In this document: positions 10,744-22,301 of the stretch, one piece after another
Numbering within the stretch: position 1 is the stretch's first letter
How the letters are laid out: each line of letters begins with the position of its first letter
Assembly: GCA_001642005.1 (NCBI GenBank)
Contig: LWCA01000337.1
Coordinates: 1 to 32,205 of the forward strand
Origin: Intoshia linei
Taxonomy: Eukaryota > Animalia > Orthonectida
DNA: 32,205 nucleotides
Reading direction: 5' to 3'
Translations under genes and position numbers: made by a program
The notes under the pieces: generated by a model
Seen by the model: only the letters and a program-made list of their open reading frames with translations
Told to the model about the DNA's origin: nothing
Databases searched by the model: none

Positions 10744-12387
10744 AGTATTCACGTTGAATTGTTAATTGTAGACAATTAAATTAAACTTTTTCTAAATCTT
10801 CAAAATCTATAAAAGTTGGATGAAAAAATTTCTTAAGAAACCCTGAAAAATTTGTTCAAAAAATCAATGATATGATTAATTATCAAAATCGATGATTATG
10901 TCGCTCAAATGAATGTTCGCTACACAATTACGGCTATACTCGTATTTTCTGGGACCGTCAGTTTTCCCAATAAATGTTTAAAAACAGACACATATTTAGC
11001 TAGTTACTTTATACAAGTAGGAATGATTTAATTATTAATTAATCCTAACTTATATAATATGCTACGCGATTTTTGTTTATGTGTGTGTGAGTATGTGTGT
11101 TAATCTTTATTTAAATAACTACCCGTCTTAGAATTTTATAAAGTAGACATTTCAATTACAGTTTTTTCCGGGGGTGTTCGCGAACATAATTTCAACCTCC
11201 CAAACTCACATCTTACTGGTCAAAAATCCCAATTGTCCCTCTTTTTGAAAATCAAACTAGTTAGAGAATTTAATAAAAAATATACGCTGATACGGATTTT
11301 AAAATCATAAATATTATCATAAATTTAAATTTAAAAAAATTATATTTAATTATATATAATATTCTTAATATATTTATCAGACATTTTTTAGGGGACCGGA
11401 AAAATATCATTTTATCATTTTGTTAATTATTTGTTTTAAATATTTCTAAAATTATCTAGTCATTAAATAGTACTTCAATGCAGTAAGTTACATAAAAATG
11501 TAACTTTACATTATACAATCTTATCAATTCATCAAAGAATATAAATACCGATTGACAAATGAGAGATTATGAAATATATACAATGAAACATTACAATTCT
11601 AATTTTAGCCATCAAGATGAAAATCTATGAATCAAATTACTGAGTGAGGTTTATTTGATGTGAACTGTGCCAATTGTGCGATACATTATTCTAATGCAAA
11701 CATCAAATGAAATTGGCGTAATGTCAATCAATTAATTATAAACAGTATCGCAATTTTAATTTCAATGAATGATTGACAATTTCTATTTATAAAAACCATC
11801 ATGGTAAACTATACTTTTCCAAATTTTAAAAAAACTCAATTTATTATATTAGGAGTATTTTTGCACGCTATATTCAACTTATTGAAGGTTAATGTATTGA
11901 TATCAAACAGGTAATATTGAGTGTGTCACAATATAAAATTATGTATAAATCATTACATATTGATATTACACCAGTTATTCAATCTGATTAAATTGAAAAA
12001 ATGTCTTGAATAATAATCATTTCATTATCGATTGAAAATTTTTATACACACGTAATTAGTTATCGTGTATGCTTGAACAAATAAACTACTAAAATTAGTC
12101 ATGTTGGTTTCATTACTCTACATGTATAATCACTTAATGTTTATACATTTTTCATTTAGTCATCTGAATACAATTGCAAAGATGGCCCAGAATCTAATAT
12201 AATTGAATCAATTATTTCTTATTTTACTAATTGCAATTATTAAAACACGTATCAATACCACTAATTAAATTACTTCCGTTCAAAGAGACCACTAATAATT
12301 GCATTTACATTTATGCCTACTGCAATATACGCCAAATTTCATTTTTTAATGTTTCATTTTAACCCATTTTATCTATAATCAAGTCTA

Positions 12388-15300
12388 ATGAACAAATTTT
12401 TCTACCTTTTGATTATTTCTGCAATCTACATGAAAACAGGTAATTTATATATACAGATGAAATTTATAATTTAATAAATTTAATAATTGGAATTATTAAT
12501 TACATTACATATACAACGTACAAAAATAGCATAATAATTTTTAATTTTTCACTGAAAAACACTTTCATTTTTTTCATTATCACTTACAATTAATCTACGT
12601 AAAACAGTATGCAAATACATATAAATGTATATATAAAAAATGTAACTATAAACCAACGGTTGTAATTCGAGTTGAATGATTGATATTTAAGAAATATGTT
12701 TCTTTATAATATTCCCCAAAAATCAAAAATCGATTCACCGCATTTAGTGCAGTCTAGAATGATTAATTGAATGAATTACATTATTGATTAGTAGCATTTG
12801 TTATAATGAATCATATTTACAAAAATTAAAAAATATAACTTTTTGACCTTATACAGAATATTCACTAATAAAAACAAATTTATTACTATTAGATGTATTT
12901 TCAGACATTCATTAATGATTATTTTTTTAATTTCATCCAAATGTAATATATTAAATTTTAAATTGAGTATTTCTCGTATTGAATTTATCATACATTTAAA
13001 AAAATAAATTAAAATTAATTCTAGTACAAAATATTCAATCCTTTACTTACATAAAATGGAATATCAGTGTGTGTTACCGTTTATTAAAAAAATTAACAGT
13101 TGTAGAATTTAAAAAACCTAATTTCTAATTTTAATTGTCGCGGGTAATGTTTTTATTCAAGTTTTATTTTCCGACATTTAGTCCTTCAGAATAAAAAAAC
13201 CAATTTACTTTTTTTTTAAAAATAAAATGTATGCCCAAAAATTAAAAAAAACTTAAATCTGAAACGTATTTTAAAATCATTAACATTGTCGTGACTCTGA
13301 GCCGCAGAAACGTACATCTTCATGGTCAAAATGAAAATTACCCTTTATTATAAAAATTAAGAAATTCTTTAAGTTTTATAAAAAATAAATTCTGGATAGT
13401 TTTTAAAATAATAAAGGCGAACATTTAGTTTAGCGATGTATTGTTAGAGGGACATAATCATCGATTGTTTAATTAATCATAATATTGATTTTTTGATAAT
13501 ATTTGTGTAGTTTCTTTAATAATAATGACCAAAATTTTATAGGGTTTTAAAGGCAGTATTTTCTACTATTATTTATATGTTTTGAAAATAATTTAGGCAC
13601 CAACATTTAGTAGGGTTTTTAAGGGAATATTTTTTTTACAATTTTTTTAAAGATTTTGAAGATAATTTAGGAACCACAATTTTTAGTGGTTTTAAGGGAA
13701 TATTTTTTTACCATTTTTTATAGAGTTTGAAGGTAATTTAGGGCCAACTTTTTTGTATAGTTAATTTGGGAATATTCATTATATAACCACTTAATTAATG
13801 AATATCAATTTAGAACATTTGAATGAAGTGGTTTTATGTTCATCAGAATCTATGGACATTGATTGTCAAAATACAAGCTCGAATAAAGTAATTTCAATAA
13901 AAACCGCTTTATTTGGGCGTATGCGTTTGGGTAGGTGCGCTCGAGAAAACTTAGGATATATTGGCTGCTATGCTAATGTAACAAATTATTATCATACTGC
14001 TTGCTCAGGAAAAAACAAATGTTCAATTAGCTTACCTAATAAAAAATTGGAATCATATAGTAAATGTCACAAAGAAATTAAAAGTTATTTGGAACTATCT
14101 TTTATCTGTAAAAAAGGTCATTATATACAAAATTATATTTCCGAAAATCTAAAATCTAAAATCTAAAATAGACCTTAAAAAATTTACAAACGATGCGTAA
14201 TGTTATATGGTCCCAGAAAAATCTCCACGGGACTGGATTTGAAAATTTAAATTTGACACAATAAATAGTCATGATAAATATACATTTTTGAAATGCTCAA
14301 CTAGGAAAAATGTGGCCCAAAGCATATAAAAATTTAATTAATGAAAAAAATTAAAATTAAAAATTCTAATATTTTAGTCATTTCGATTTACACATAGATC
14401 AAATTATAGGGTCACGAAAAATTTTATACATCAAAAAAAAATTAAATTTTTTTAATTTGGAAATGTTTCCATTGTTTAAGGTAGAAAAAATTTGACGACG
14501 ACTATTTTTTAACAAAAAAATTAAATAAATAAATTATTTAAAAATTTTATGAAACAAAAATTGAAATGGAATCTTATATAATTTCATAATTCTTCAATTT
14601 GTCATTATTTATGAATAAATTATACATTGCATTTTTAATTAAATTAATAAAAACATAAATTTTAACGAATTTTGTAATTTATTGAAAATGTTATTCTTTA
14701 TGATAAATATAATCTAAAAAGTCTAAAATAAATTTGCATATAAGTTTAAAATTAATAATTATTATAATCGATAGCATATTGAAATATCAAACAATATGCT
14801 TGATTAAGTATGCAATCATGTAGCATGCATAATTTAATATTTTTGAAAATTTGAAATTTTTATGTAACACTAAATATTTACCCTAATTAATTAATTTTAG
14901 TGTATCCTGAATTAACAAACAATTGTTATACTGACTGTACCGCGTCTTTTGTAATCAAAGAAAAACAAGCAGATATTTCAAATTATGCAATTAGACAAAC
15001 CGGGTGTGGTTTGATAAATTGTCCAATTTTAATCAAGCCACCAATAGGAACTTATATAGAATTGCAATTAAAGCATTTTTATCGACCATTTACATATTTC
15101 GTTGATTTTAAGGTATAAACATTTGTTTATTTTGTATTACTTTTACTTTTTTTATTAATATTTTTAAAATACGTTAAATATTATATTTTAGTCTATTCAA
15201 AATTTAAAAAAACCCAAAACCCAAATTCCGTCAATACAAAATGATTACAATAGTTGCATTCATTTATTAAACTTTTTTGACAATGTAAAAGACTATTTGA

Positions 15301-18012
15301 AAAATCAAAATCAAAATATTCAAATGACGAAACAAATTCATGTATTTTCTTGTGGTCATCAAATTTCAAAAAATTACATTTCAAGCATTCTTCATATAGA
15401 TACTTCTGAATTTGTACTGATTAAAAATACGTACAATTCAAAAGGAAATTCCATTATGATGTACCAAGTTGATTATTTTCAAATTATTTCAGAAAATTTT
15501 ACTTTATCTTACATTTGTAAATTTTAATAATCTTTATATTTATATACAGTGCGTTGAAAAAATTTACATACACCCCATTAATTTTATTAATTAATACAAA
15601 AATTTTTGATAAAAAACGTAATAAATTGATATCTAAGTAGTAAAAAAGTTTCAGTACTGGTCCGCGAACCGGCATTTGGGAAATGCTGCCTTAAAGGTTT
15701 ATCCTATGGAAATATCTCTACAAATTTAATTATGCCGAGATTTGGTGTAATATGAATAATAAAAAGATGCAAAAATATTACTCTGTTAAAAACAAAGCAA
15801 GATCAGATGGGCCAATTAAAATGAACGATAGAGAAATGTCTACGATAATGAGGTATATTAATAAAGATCCCGTATAACCCTTGAAAAATGAAGTATGATT
15901 TACAATTAATTGGCTTGATGTTGACAAATTAACTATTTCACTACGAAAACAACTTCTCAGTGAAAATACTAAAAAGAGCGACACCTTTTTCTTTAAAACA
16001 TTTAAATATATCCACTTCTTATTGGTCTCTTGTTATTTAGACAAATGAAACAAAAATATAATTATTTGGACATAACATGAAACGTTTTGTGTAGCGTAGG
16101 TTAAATAAGGGTTGGAAGAAAAAATATAAAACCCAGTATTAAATGTGGGGTGGAAGTCTGATATTTTGGGGATGTTTCAGTTGTTGCAGGAAATTTGGTG
16201 TATGCAGACTTTTGCAACGTACTGTATGCTATGGTAGCATTGCTACCGTCGTTTGGAGTTTCAGTCATTCTACAATTTCAGAAAATTTTAAGATATCTCT
16301 TTAATTTTAAATTTTTTCAATATATATCATTCTAAAATGAACTTTTACCAACCTCATGGAAAGAAAATGTGATTAATAAGTGTTAGTTTTCAAGTGAATA
16401 AATAATTAACTTTTTTCATTAAGGGTTGGAAAAACTTTTGAATTTGAATTTCTTAAGGACTGGTAAAATTGGATATTTTCGTAAAGCGTTTGGCAAAATT
16501 GGATTTCTCCTTTAAAGATTTGTTAGAATGTAATTTTTTCCTTAAGAGTTGGTAAAAGTGCATTTCTCCTTAAGAGTTGATAAAAGTGCATTTTTTCTTT
16601 AAAAATTTCTTAAATTTTAATTAAAAGTGCTTATATTTCATTAATTATTAAAAATTTTTTATAGTTTTTAGTTTTTTAGGGTTGTTAAATATTTGTTTTT
16701 GATCATTCACTAGATATGATATAAGAAAATATCTTAAATCATGAACCAGGAGTGTTTAAATTAATTACAATGGACTTAAACTACTACAACTTTAAAGCCT
16801 AAGACTTATGTCGCGCACTGTAGTTAGTTAAACTCTATTTCATTAAAAATAGACACATAAATGTATTATCAAATTTTAAACATATTTATAATTTATGAAT
16901 CTTTCAAGTGTGAGTCATAGGATGAAACGAACTGATACCCCAAAATAATTTATGGTACCTCTAGGGGATACCAGTACCCCGATTTGAGAACCGCTGATAT
17001 ACATGTATATCTGATAAAAAAACAAGAAATTATTGAAATATACATTATTTAGCACGCGGATGTAATATTCCATCTGATCTAAACCTGGAAAATTACGAAA
17101 TTATAAGGAGACGTCATAATCTACTAATAAAATGTAGAAACGAAAATAATTTGAACATTTTATGTGAAGGGGAGAAATTTACAGGAAATTTACCACCGTG
17201 TATGATTTATATAATTTTAAATTTAAAAAAAATTTATTAAATTAATAATTCTCAAAATCTTGAATACTGTCAATTTTACCTAATACATGTATTCTAAATT
17301 AGGTATGCTACACAGCAAAGATGTCAGCAAAAGGAGCTTACCTATTAGTAATATTTAAATTTTAAAGGAATTTAATGTATATACATGTGTTTGCAAAATT
17401 GTGTATAAATAAATAGAAAACAAATCAAATTTCAAACTTTCAACAAATTTTCCAAATAAAAATATATTTTTACCATTGTGGTTGATAAAATTGAACTTTT
17501 TTCTGTAGAGTTAGAGTCAAACTATTATTTTCCAACTAATAACCTATAAAACAAAATTCTTCAAACACCTTAAAAATATTTAATTAGAGTATATATAATT
17601 TACATTTAGATATATTAATAACCATCATTTTGAGCATTGCATTAGTTATCTCAAGTTTAATATTGACTATTGGAATTGTATTTTATAAAAGGTATCTTTA
17701 AAATATTAAAAATGAAACCACCTGGATAATTATAAATTTAGGCGTCTTCTATATAAAAATCAATATTTAAAAGAAAATTTAAAATTTCGAAACAAAATCG
17801 ACACTTGTAAATTGTGTGATAAACAATACAAGTGTGGTTATAATTTATGTGCCATCAATTGCCGGTATGTATCAGACAAGTACATTGTGAGTAAAGAAAA
17901 CCGATTAAACAATAAAGAAAAAACCAGTTTTTCATGTTGCATATTAGATAAACCACAAGTAACAGTTAGTGAACACGAATACGAAGAACCCCGATATTGC
18001 GATGTAGATTAA
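12388..18012 (+). CDS. Single-pass type-I membrane protein: signal peptide, SUEL/rhamnose-galactose-binding lectin-like domain, CUB-like region, small 4-Cys (sushi-like) module, TM helix, cytoplasmic tail; exons 12388-12439, 13814-14116, 14901-15112, 15192-15516, 17053-17199, 17303-17347, 17610-17691, 17742-18012
   Basis: Phase-compatible GT-AG exons total 1437 nt = 478 aa + stop. Leader MNKFFYLLIISAIYMKT; C..ESMDIDC..VISIKTALFGRMRLGRC..GC..CSGKNKC..C..SYLELSFIC is the SUEL pattern; GCGLINCPILI.PPIGTYIEL is CUB-like; GC..IKC..ILCEGEKFTGNLPPC; TM ILITIILSIALVISSLILTIGIVFY-KRR; tail ends EHEYEEPRYCDVD. Confidence 0.85.
13067..13420 (+). repeat. Dispersed repeat family A copy with terminus
   Basis: Begins (G)TGTGTGTTACCGTTTATT and is colinear with 26998-27350 and, reversed, with 31130-31403. 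Confidence 0.7.
13444..13760 (+). repeat. Repeat family C: unique head plus ~70-75-bp tandem units
   Basis: TTAGAGGGACATAATCATCGATT head matches 29786 (TTAGAGCGACATAATCATCGATT); three units starting near 13540, 13611, 13685 (tagggttttaagggaatatt...gataatttagg). Confidence 0.7.
15547..16224 (+). mobile_element. Internally deleted Tc1-like transposon
   Basis: TA-flanked 28-bp imperfect TIRs (CAGTGCGTTGAAAAAATTTACATACACC vs reverse complement CAGTACGTTGCAAAAGTCTGCATACACC); remnants RSDGPIKMNDREMSTIMRYINKDP (~15800-15871) and a frameshifted KCGG-GSLIFWGCFS (~16140-16190), like Tc1 GRPRK and HGGGSVMVWGCFS. Confidence 0.85.
16419..16605 (+). repeat. Degenerate ~28-33-bp minisatellite
   Basis: About six units of consensus ttaagagttggtaaaagtgcatttttcc. 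Confidence 0.7.
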
Positions 18013-18159
18013 TTTATTCCGCACCTTAAAATAAATTCATTTTTATTTACCACGAGTCATTCAAATCAAATTAAGCAATTATAATCGTTATTATTCAGTA
18101 ATTATTTGAATAAAAAAAATTTATATATTTTATTACATTTACCAAATAAAACAATTTAA

Positions 18160-21100
18160 TTATTTAGATTTGTTTTCGTTTAAATACTTTGACATAAATT
18201 CAACATTGACTTTACAACTTTCATCATTAAAATCACAAAATCTCAGATACTGGCGCGATCCAATTTCTAAATTTAATTATTATTTAAATATAATAAATTG
18301 ATTATATCCAAAAAACAAACGTCAATAACGATTTAATTACGGCGGAGTAGAGGATTCTAATTATGCAAGTGGTCAATTGCAGCGAGGGTCGATATTAAAA
18401 AAATAAAAACGCGTAAAATTATTTTCTAAAATAATAAAATAGGGTTAGGGCTTCAAAATTTACCCGGTTCAGTTGGTTATCACTAAAATAGTATATATAA
18501 TTTTTTAAAATGAAAATAGAATCACCATTATATTTATAGTTATCCTGGATAATTCGATGGATTATAGAAGTAATAAATACATTTTTTTTATCAAAACTGT
18601 AAGCCTAGAAAATATAAAATTAAATCAAATCTTACCAAACCTTGTGAAAATAGAATAGTGCTTTTTTTAAATTTAATTTACAAAGATAAACAAATCCAAT
18701 AGATGCCAAAAGATCGGAATTTATTTCATTTAATTTAAGAGATTTAAAAAAGTATTTTAAAGCCAAATCATATCTTCTAAATTTAAAAAAATGAGACATG
18801 ATTAAACCATTGTCCCTTGATATATAAATTTAAAATTTATTACCCAAATTTTCTATAGATATGACCAATATTACTGTATATAGCTTCCCAATGAATATTA
18901 ATAACATCCAATGTATTCAATACTTTAGTAACCTTTTTAAATGAATCCAGTGCCTTTTGGTATCTAAAATGAACAAAAATTTTCAAATATTGAAAATATC
19001 AAACTTTCCAGCCTGAAAATATAAAACTCCCAATTCGTTCAAAAAATAAGGATCTCCTTCCGCAATAGATTCTGCAAGGTATAAATTTGTATTAGACGCT
19101 TTCATGTATTTTATACTACGATAATCCATAGCCAAGTGTAAATGCGACAAATAGCAACTAAAAATAAATATTACAAATTTTTAAACAAATAAATGTTGAT
19201 AGTTTGTAAAATTTCGCATTTTTTTTTAAAATGAAAAAAAGAAACCCAGGTAGTATATCTTTCACTAAAAGATAAAATAATATTGATTGATCAAATTCTT
19301 TGTCTTCTTCATAAGAACGACCGCAAAGATAAATCGTTTTTGCATCACGTGTAAAATATTTTTGAATTTTGCTAAAAATGTAACACGTATCACTATTTTG
19401 TTAAAAGGTAATAAATAAAATAAAAATTACAATAAAAATCGTCGACAATTTGTATAATCTTTTATCAAAAAAAAATACAAAGCTACACAGTACCAAGCAT
19501 CCTATAACTATATTAGTAAATTTGAAAATAATGTTACGAAAAAAAATTGGAAAATGTACCGTACATCTTACATATTTTTTAACAAGATAATGTGCAAATT
19601 CGTACATTTCTAAAAACATAAATTCAATTAAATAAAAAAAAAATTAAAAAAAATGTAGGCATGCAAAAAACAGCATAAAATAATGAAATTATATAAATTT
19701 ACCCAACTTTTGATTTGTTTCACAAAAAATGGTGGATTGCAGTATAGCAAATGTTGAATCAATTCCATTCTGCCGCTTTAATCTAAGTTGAATTTAAAAA
19801 AAAATTAGAAAAGAAAAACACGTTCAAAATCAATTGACTTTCCTCAAAACAATACATTGTGATGTAAAATTTGCAAATGTTGACAATTTGTGCAAAAATG
19901 AGCGGTGTGGTTTGAAGCGTGGTTTCTCCGTTGATTAATTTTATAATGTGTCTTTTTAAATTCATACTTAATGAAATATTGTTATTTATAGATTTATCCT
20001 GGTAATTGTTTATCAAATAATTTCTTTCAGCTTCATTTGTAGTTTGTTCTTCATAAGGTAAATTTTCCAAAGCTTCACTTTCTAGTTAGATATTTTTAAT
20101 TGATAGTAACGTTTCTTAATTCAATTTAAAGGATTTTATGGCATTGGTGGTTTTTTATGTTACTTTTATTCGACATTAAAAATGTTTTAAAATAAATCCT
20201 TTAAACGAGGTTTGGATGATATTATTAGTCAAACAAAACTTTAAATATAGTAATTTTAGAGTTTTTAGGTTTGTCTTTATTTTACTTACTTATGGCGGTT
20301 TAAAAAATATTTTTTTAAAGTCATTTTTAATCTATTTTTATTAAGACAAACGTGAAATAGAATATTTGAGTAATGTTTAGATATTTAAAATTTCGAAAAG
20401 TTAGTTATTTTTTCATATAGAATTTATAAGGAGTGATTTTTAAAGTAATTTCTATAAAAAAAATAAAATAAAGTTTTTATCTAATTTTATCATGAAAAAC
20501 GTGAAATAGGATTATTGAGTTATGTTTTGATATAAAATTCCATTAAGCGCCTTTTAAGGTAAATTTTATTTAAAAAAAAAGTTAAATAGATTTTTATGGT
20601 CATATATGGATTTTAAGATTTTATATTGGAATAAGGGATTTTAGGGTCATTTTATCAATCAAAACGTGAAATAGTATTTTTAATTTTTTGATACTGAATT
20701 TAAAAGAGGTACTTTTAGGGTAATTTCCATAAAAAACCTTACATCGAGATTTTATCTAATTTTATATATAAAATGTGATATAAAATATTTGAGTAATGTT
20801 TAGATATTTAAAATTTCAAAAAGTTAGTTTTGTAGGGATTTTTTATTTTTATTTTAAAATGTATTTTTAGGTGGTTACTTTTTATAATAAAAAATTAAAA
20901 AGGGTTTTCAGACTTATCGAACAATTTAAGATTAATTTTCACTAAACTATAATATGAGTTAGGTTAGGGGTTTCCACACCTTTTTACGGTGGACCGGTAA
21001 TAAATTATCAAATTTATCGCGGACTATTAAAGCGAAATTACTAGACAACATTAAAAAAAATTTGATAAAAAACGTAATATATTGATTTGTACTTACTAAA

Positions 21101-22013
21101 AAATATTTACAATTATTTCGCGGACCGGTAAAAAATTTTCACGTATTTGAGAATTTATAATAAAAAGAAAAAACCAGAAATTTTCGTCATCAATCCAGAT
21201 CCAAAGATTCGATTATAAGAATCATGATTCAAAATATCAGATCTAAGAGATTCTTGAAAATTTACTAAAGCTTTCATTGAATTGGACGCCTCAAAATAAA
21301 TGTTTCCACATAAAAATAATAATCCACTTTGAATCTATTCAATAAAATTAAATCAACAGTTTGTGCAATATTTAAATACAGTACCCCTAAATCTACACTT
21401 TAATGATTGAAAAGTGGATATATTCCGTCAAAAGGGAAACTGTTTTATAAATAAAAAATTTTACTTGGTTATCTTGAACATTAATAAATGTATTATCATC
21501 CAATTTTTTAAATATATTCAAATTTTCAAAAATATTTTCAATATGAATAATTTTATCTCGATATTTATAAAACATTTTTTCCTAAAAGTGGAATTAAAAG
21601 GTCATAAACATTAAAAGTTTATAAAGAAAAATGAACAATTACCATGCACAATAATTTTAAATAAGCTCCATAAAAATATTTCTAATGCAAAATCAAAATA
21701 GGGATAGAATACTTACGGTATCCAATTGGTGGATTTCTAAAATATCTACAGTACGTTGATAATGGCCCATATCATAATAATTTACAGCATAAAATAAGAG
21801 ATCGGAAGGTTTTACTATATAAAAATTAAAAATAAAAATTTTTTAAAAAAAATGAAAAACCATCAACACTATAAATAATTTGTTGTAACCAATATTCAAC
21901 AGTTTCATGTAGTTTCTAAAATTTAAGTTGACTAAAACTGCCATATATTTCAATACCAACGAAGAATATTGTAAAATTTTGTTTCTAACATTATTTAAAA
22001 GGCAAACATTCAT
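18160..22013 (-). CDS. CDC16: Anaphase-promoting complex subunit 6 (CDC16), TPR protein, multi-exon, strongly diverged
   Basis: Minus-strand exons give, in order, MNVCLLNNVRNKILQYSSL-KLHETVEYWLQQ, PSDLLFYAVNYYDMGHYQR, IQSGLLFLCGNIYFE..FQESLRSD, MYEFAHYLVKKY, AWYCVALYF, EFDQSILFY..LPG-CYLSHLHLAMDY..AESIAEGDPYFLNELGVLYFQ, HWEAIYSNIGHIYRK, ASIGFVYL..ALFYFHKA; colinear with human CDC16 as I recall it (GCHLPMLYIGLEY, APEDPFVMHEVGV, WEPLLNNLGHVCRK, SAIGY, YFHTA). ATG 22013-22011, stop 18162-18160. Confidence 0.88.
20330..20830. repeat. Degenerate tandem repeat with ~110-165-bp spacing in a CDC16 intron
   Basis: AAACGTGAAATAG recurs near 20348, 20497, 20662 (variant near 20771); 'aatatttgagtaatgtttagatatttaaaatttc.aaaagttagtt' occurs twice. 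Confidence 0.6.
20963..21145 (+). repeat. Family B hAT-type MITE copy
   Basis: TAGGGGTTTCCACACC..GGACCGGTAATAAATTAT..GCGAAATTACTAG is the reverse complement of the 8050-8230 and 10340-10500 copies. Confidence 0.65.
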
Positions 22014-22301
22014 ATTTAATTTTGAATATTTTAAATTATCCAAAAACTCAAATCTTGATAATGAAAAATAAAATTTGCGCTGTTTTAATTTAATTTTAAC
22101 TAAACTTTTTTTAAAATAATTTAAATTTTATTTTTTTAATTTCAATAAATTGAGTAAAATTTGTTTATATGGGTTTTGAAATTATGCTAAATTGAAATTT
22201 CATTAGTTTATATGTTAAACCATTCTAATATAGCGCATAAACATGGAAATGTAAATAAACATAAATTTTGAGTCAATTGTTAACAATTAAATTTTAAATT
22301 T
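22014..22301. promoter_or_regulatory. Putative bidirectional promoter between CDC16 and SPAG1
   Basis: Only 288 bp separate the divergent start codons; no specific element can be assigned. Confidence 0.6.

Noticed and set aside
12788-12991. Minus-strand 67-aa ORF
   Set aside because: I/L/K/N-rich translation typical of chance ORFs in AT-rich introns.
15778-15984. Minus-strand 68-aa ORF
   Set aside because: Antisense shadow of the Tc1 transposase remnant.
18440-18451. TAGGGTTAGGG telomere-like motif (similar short motifs near 3241 and 20958)
   Set aside because: Two units or fewer; too short to call interstitial telomere.
21414-21614. Plus-strand 66-aa ORF
   Set aside because: Antisense to CDC16 exons; low complexity.
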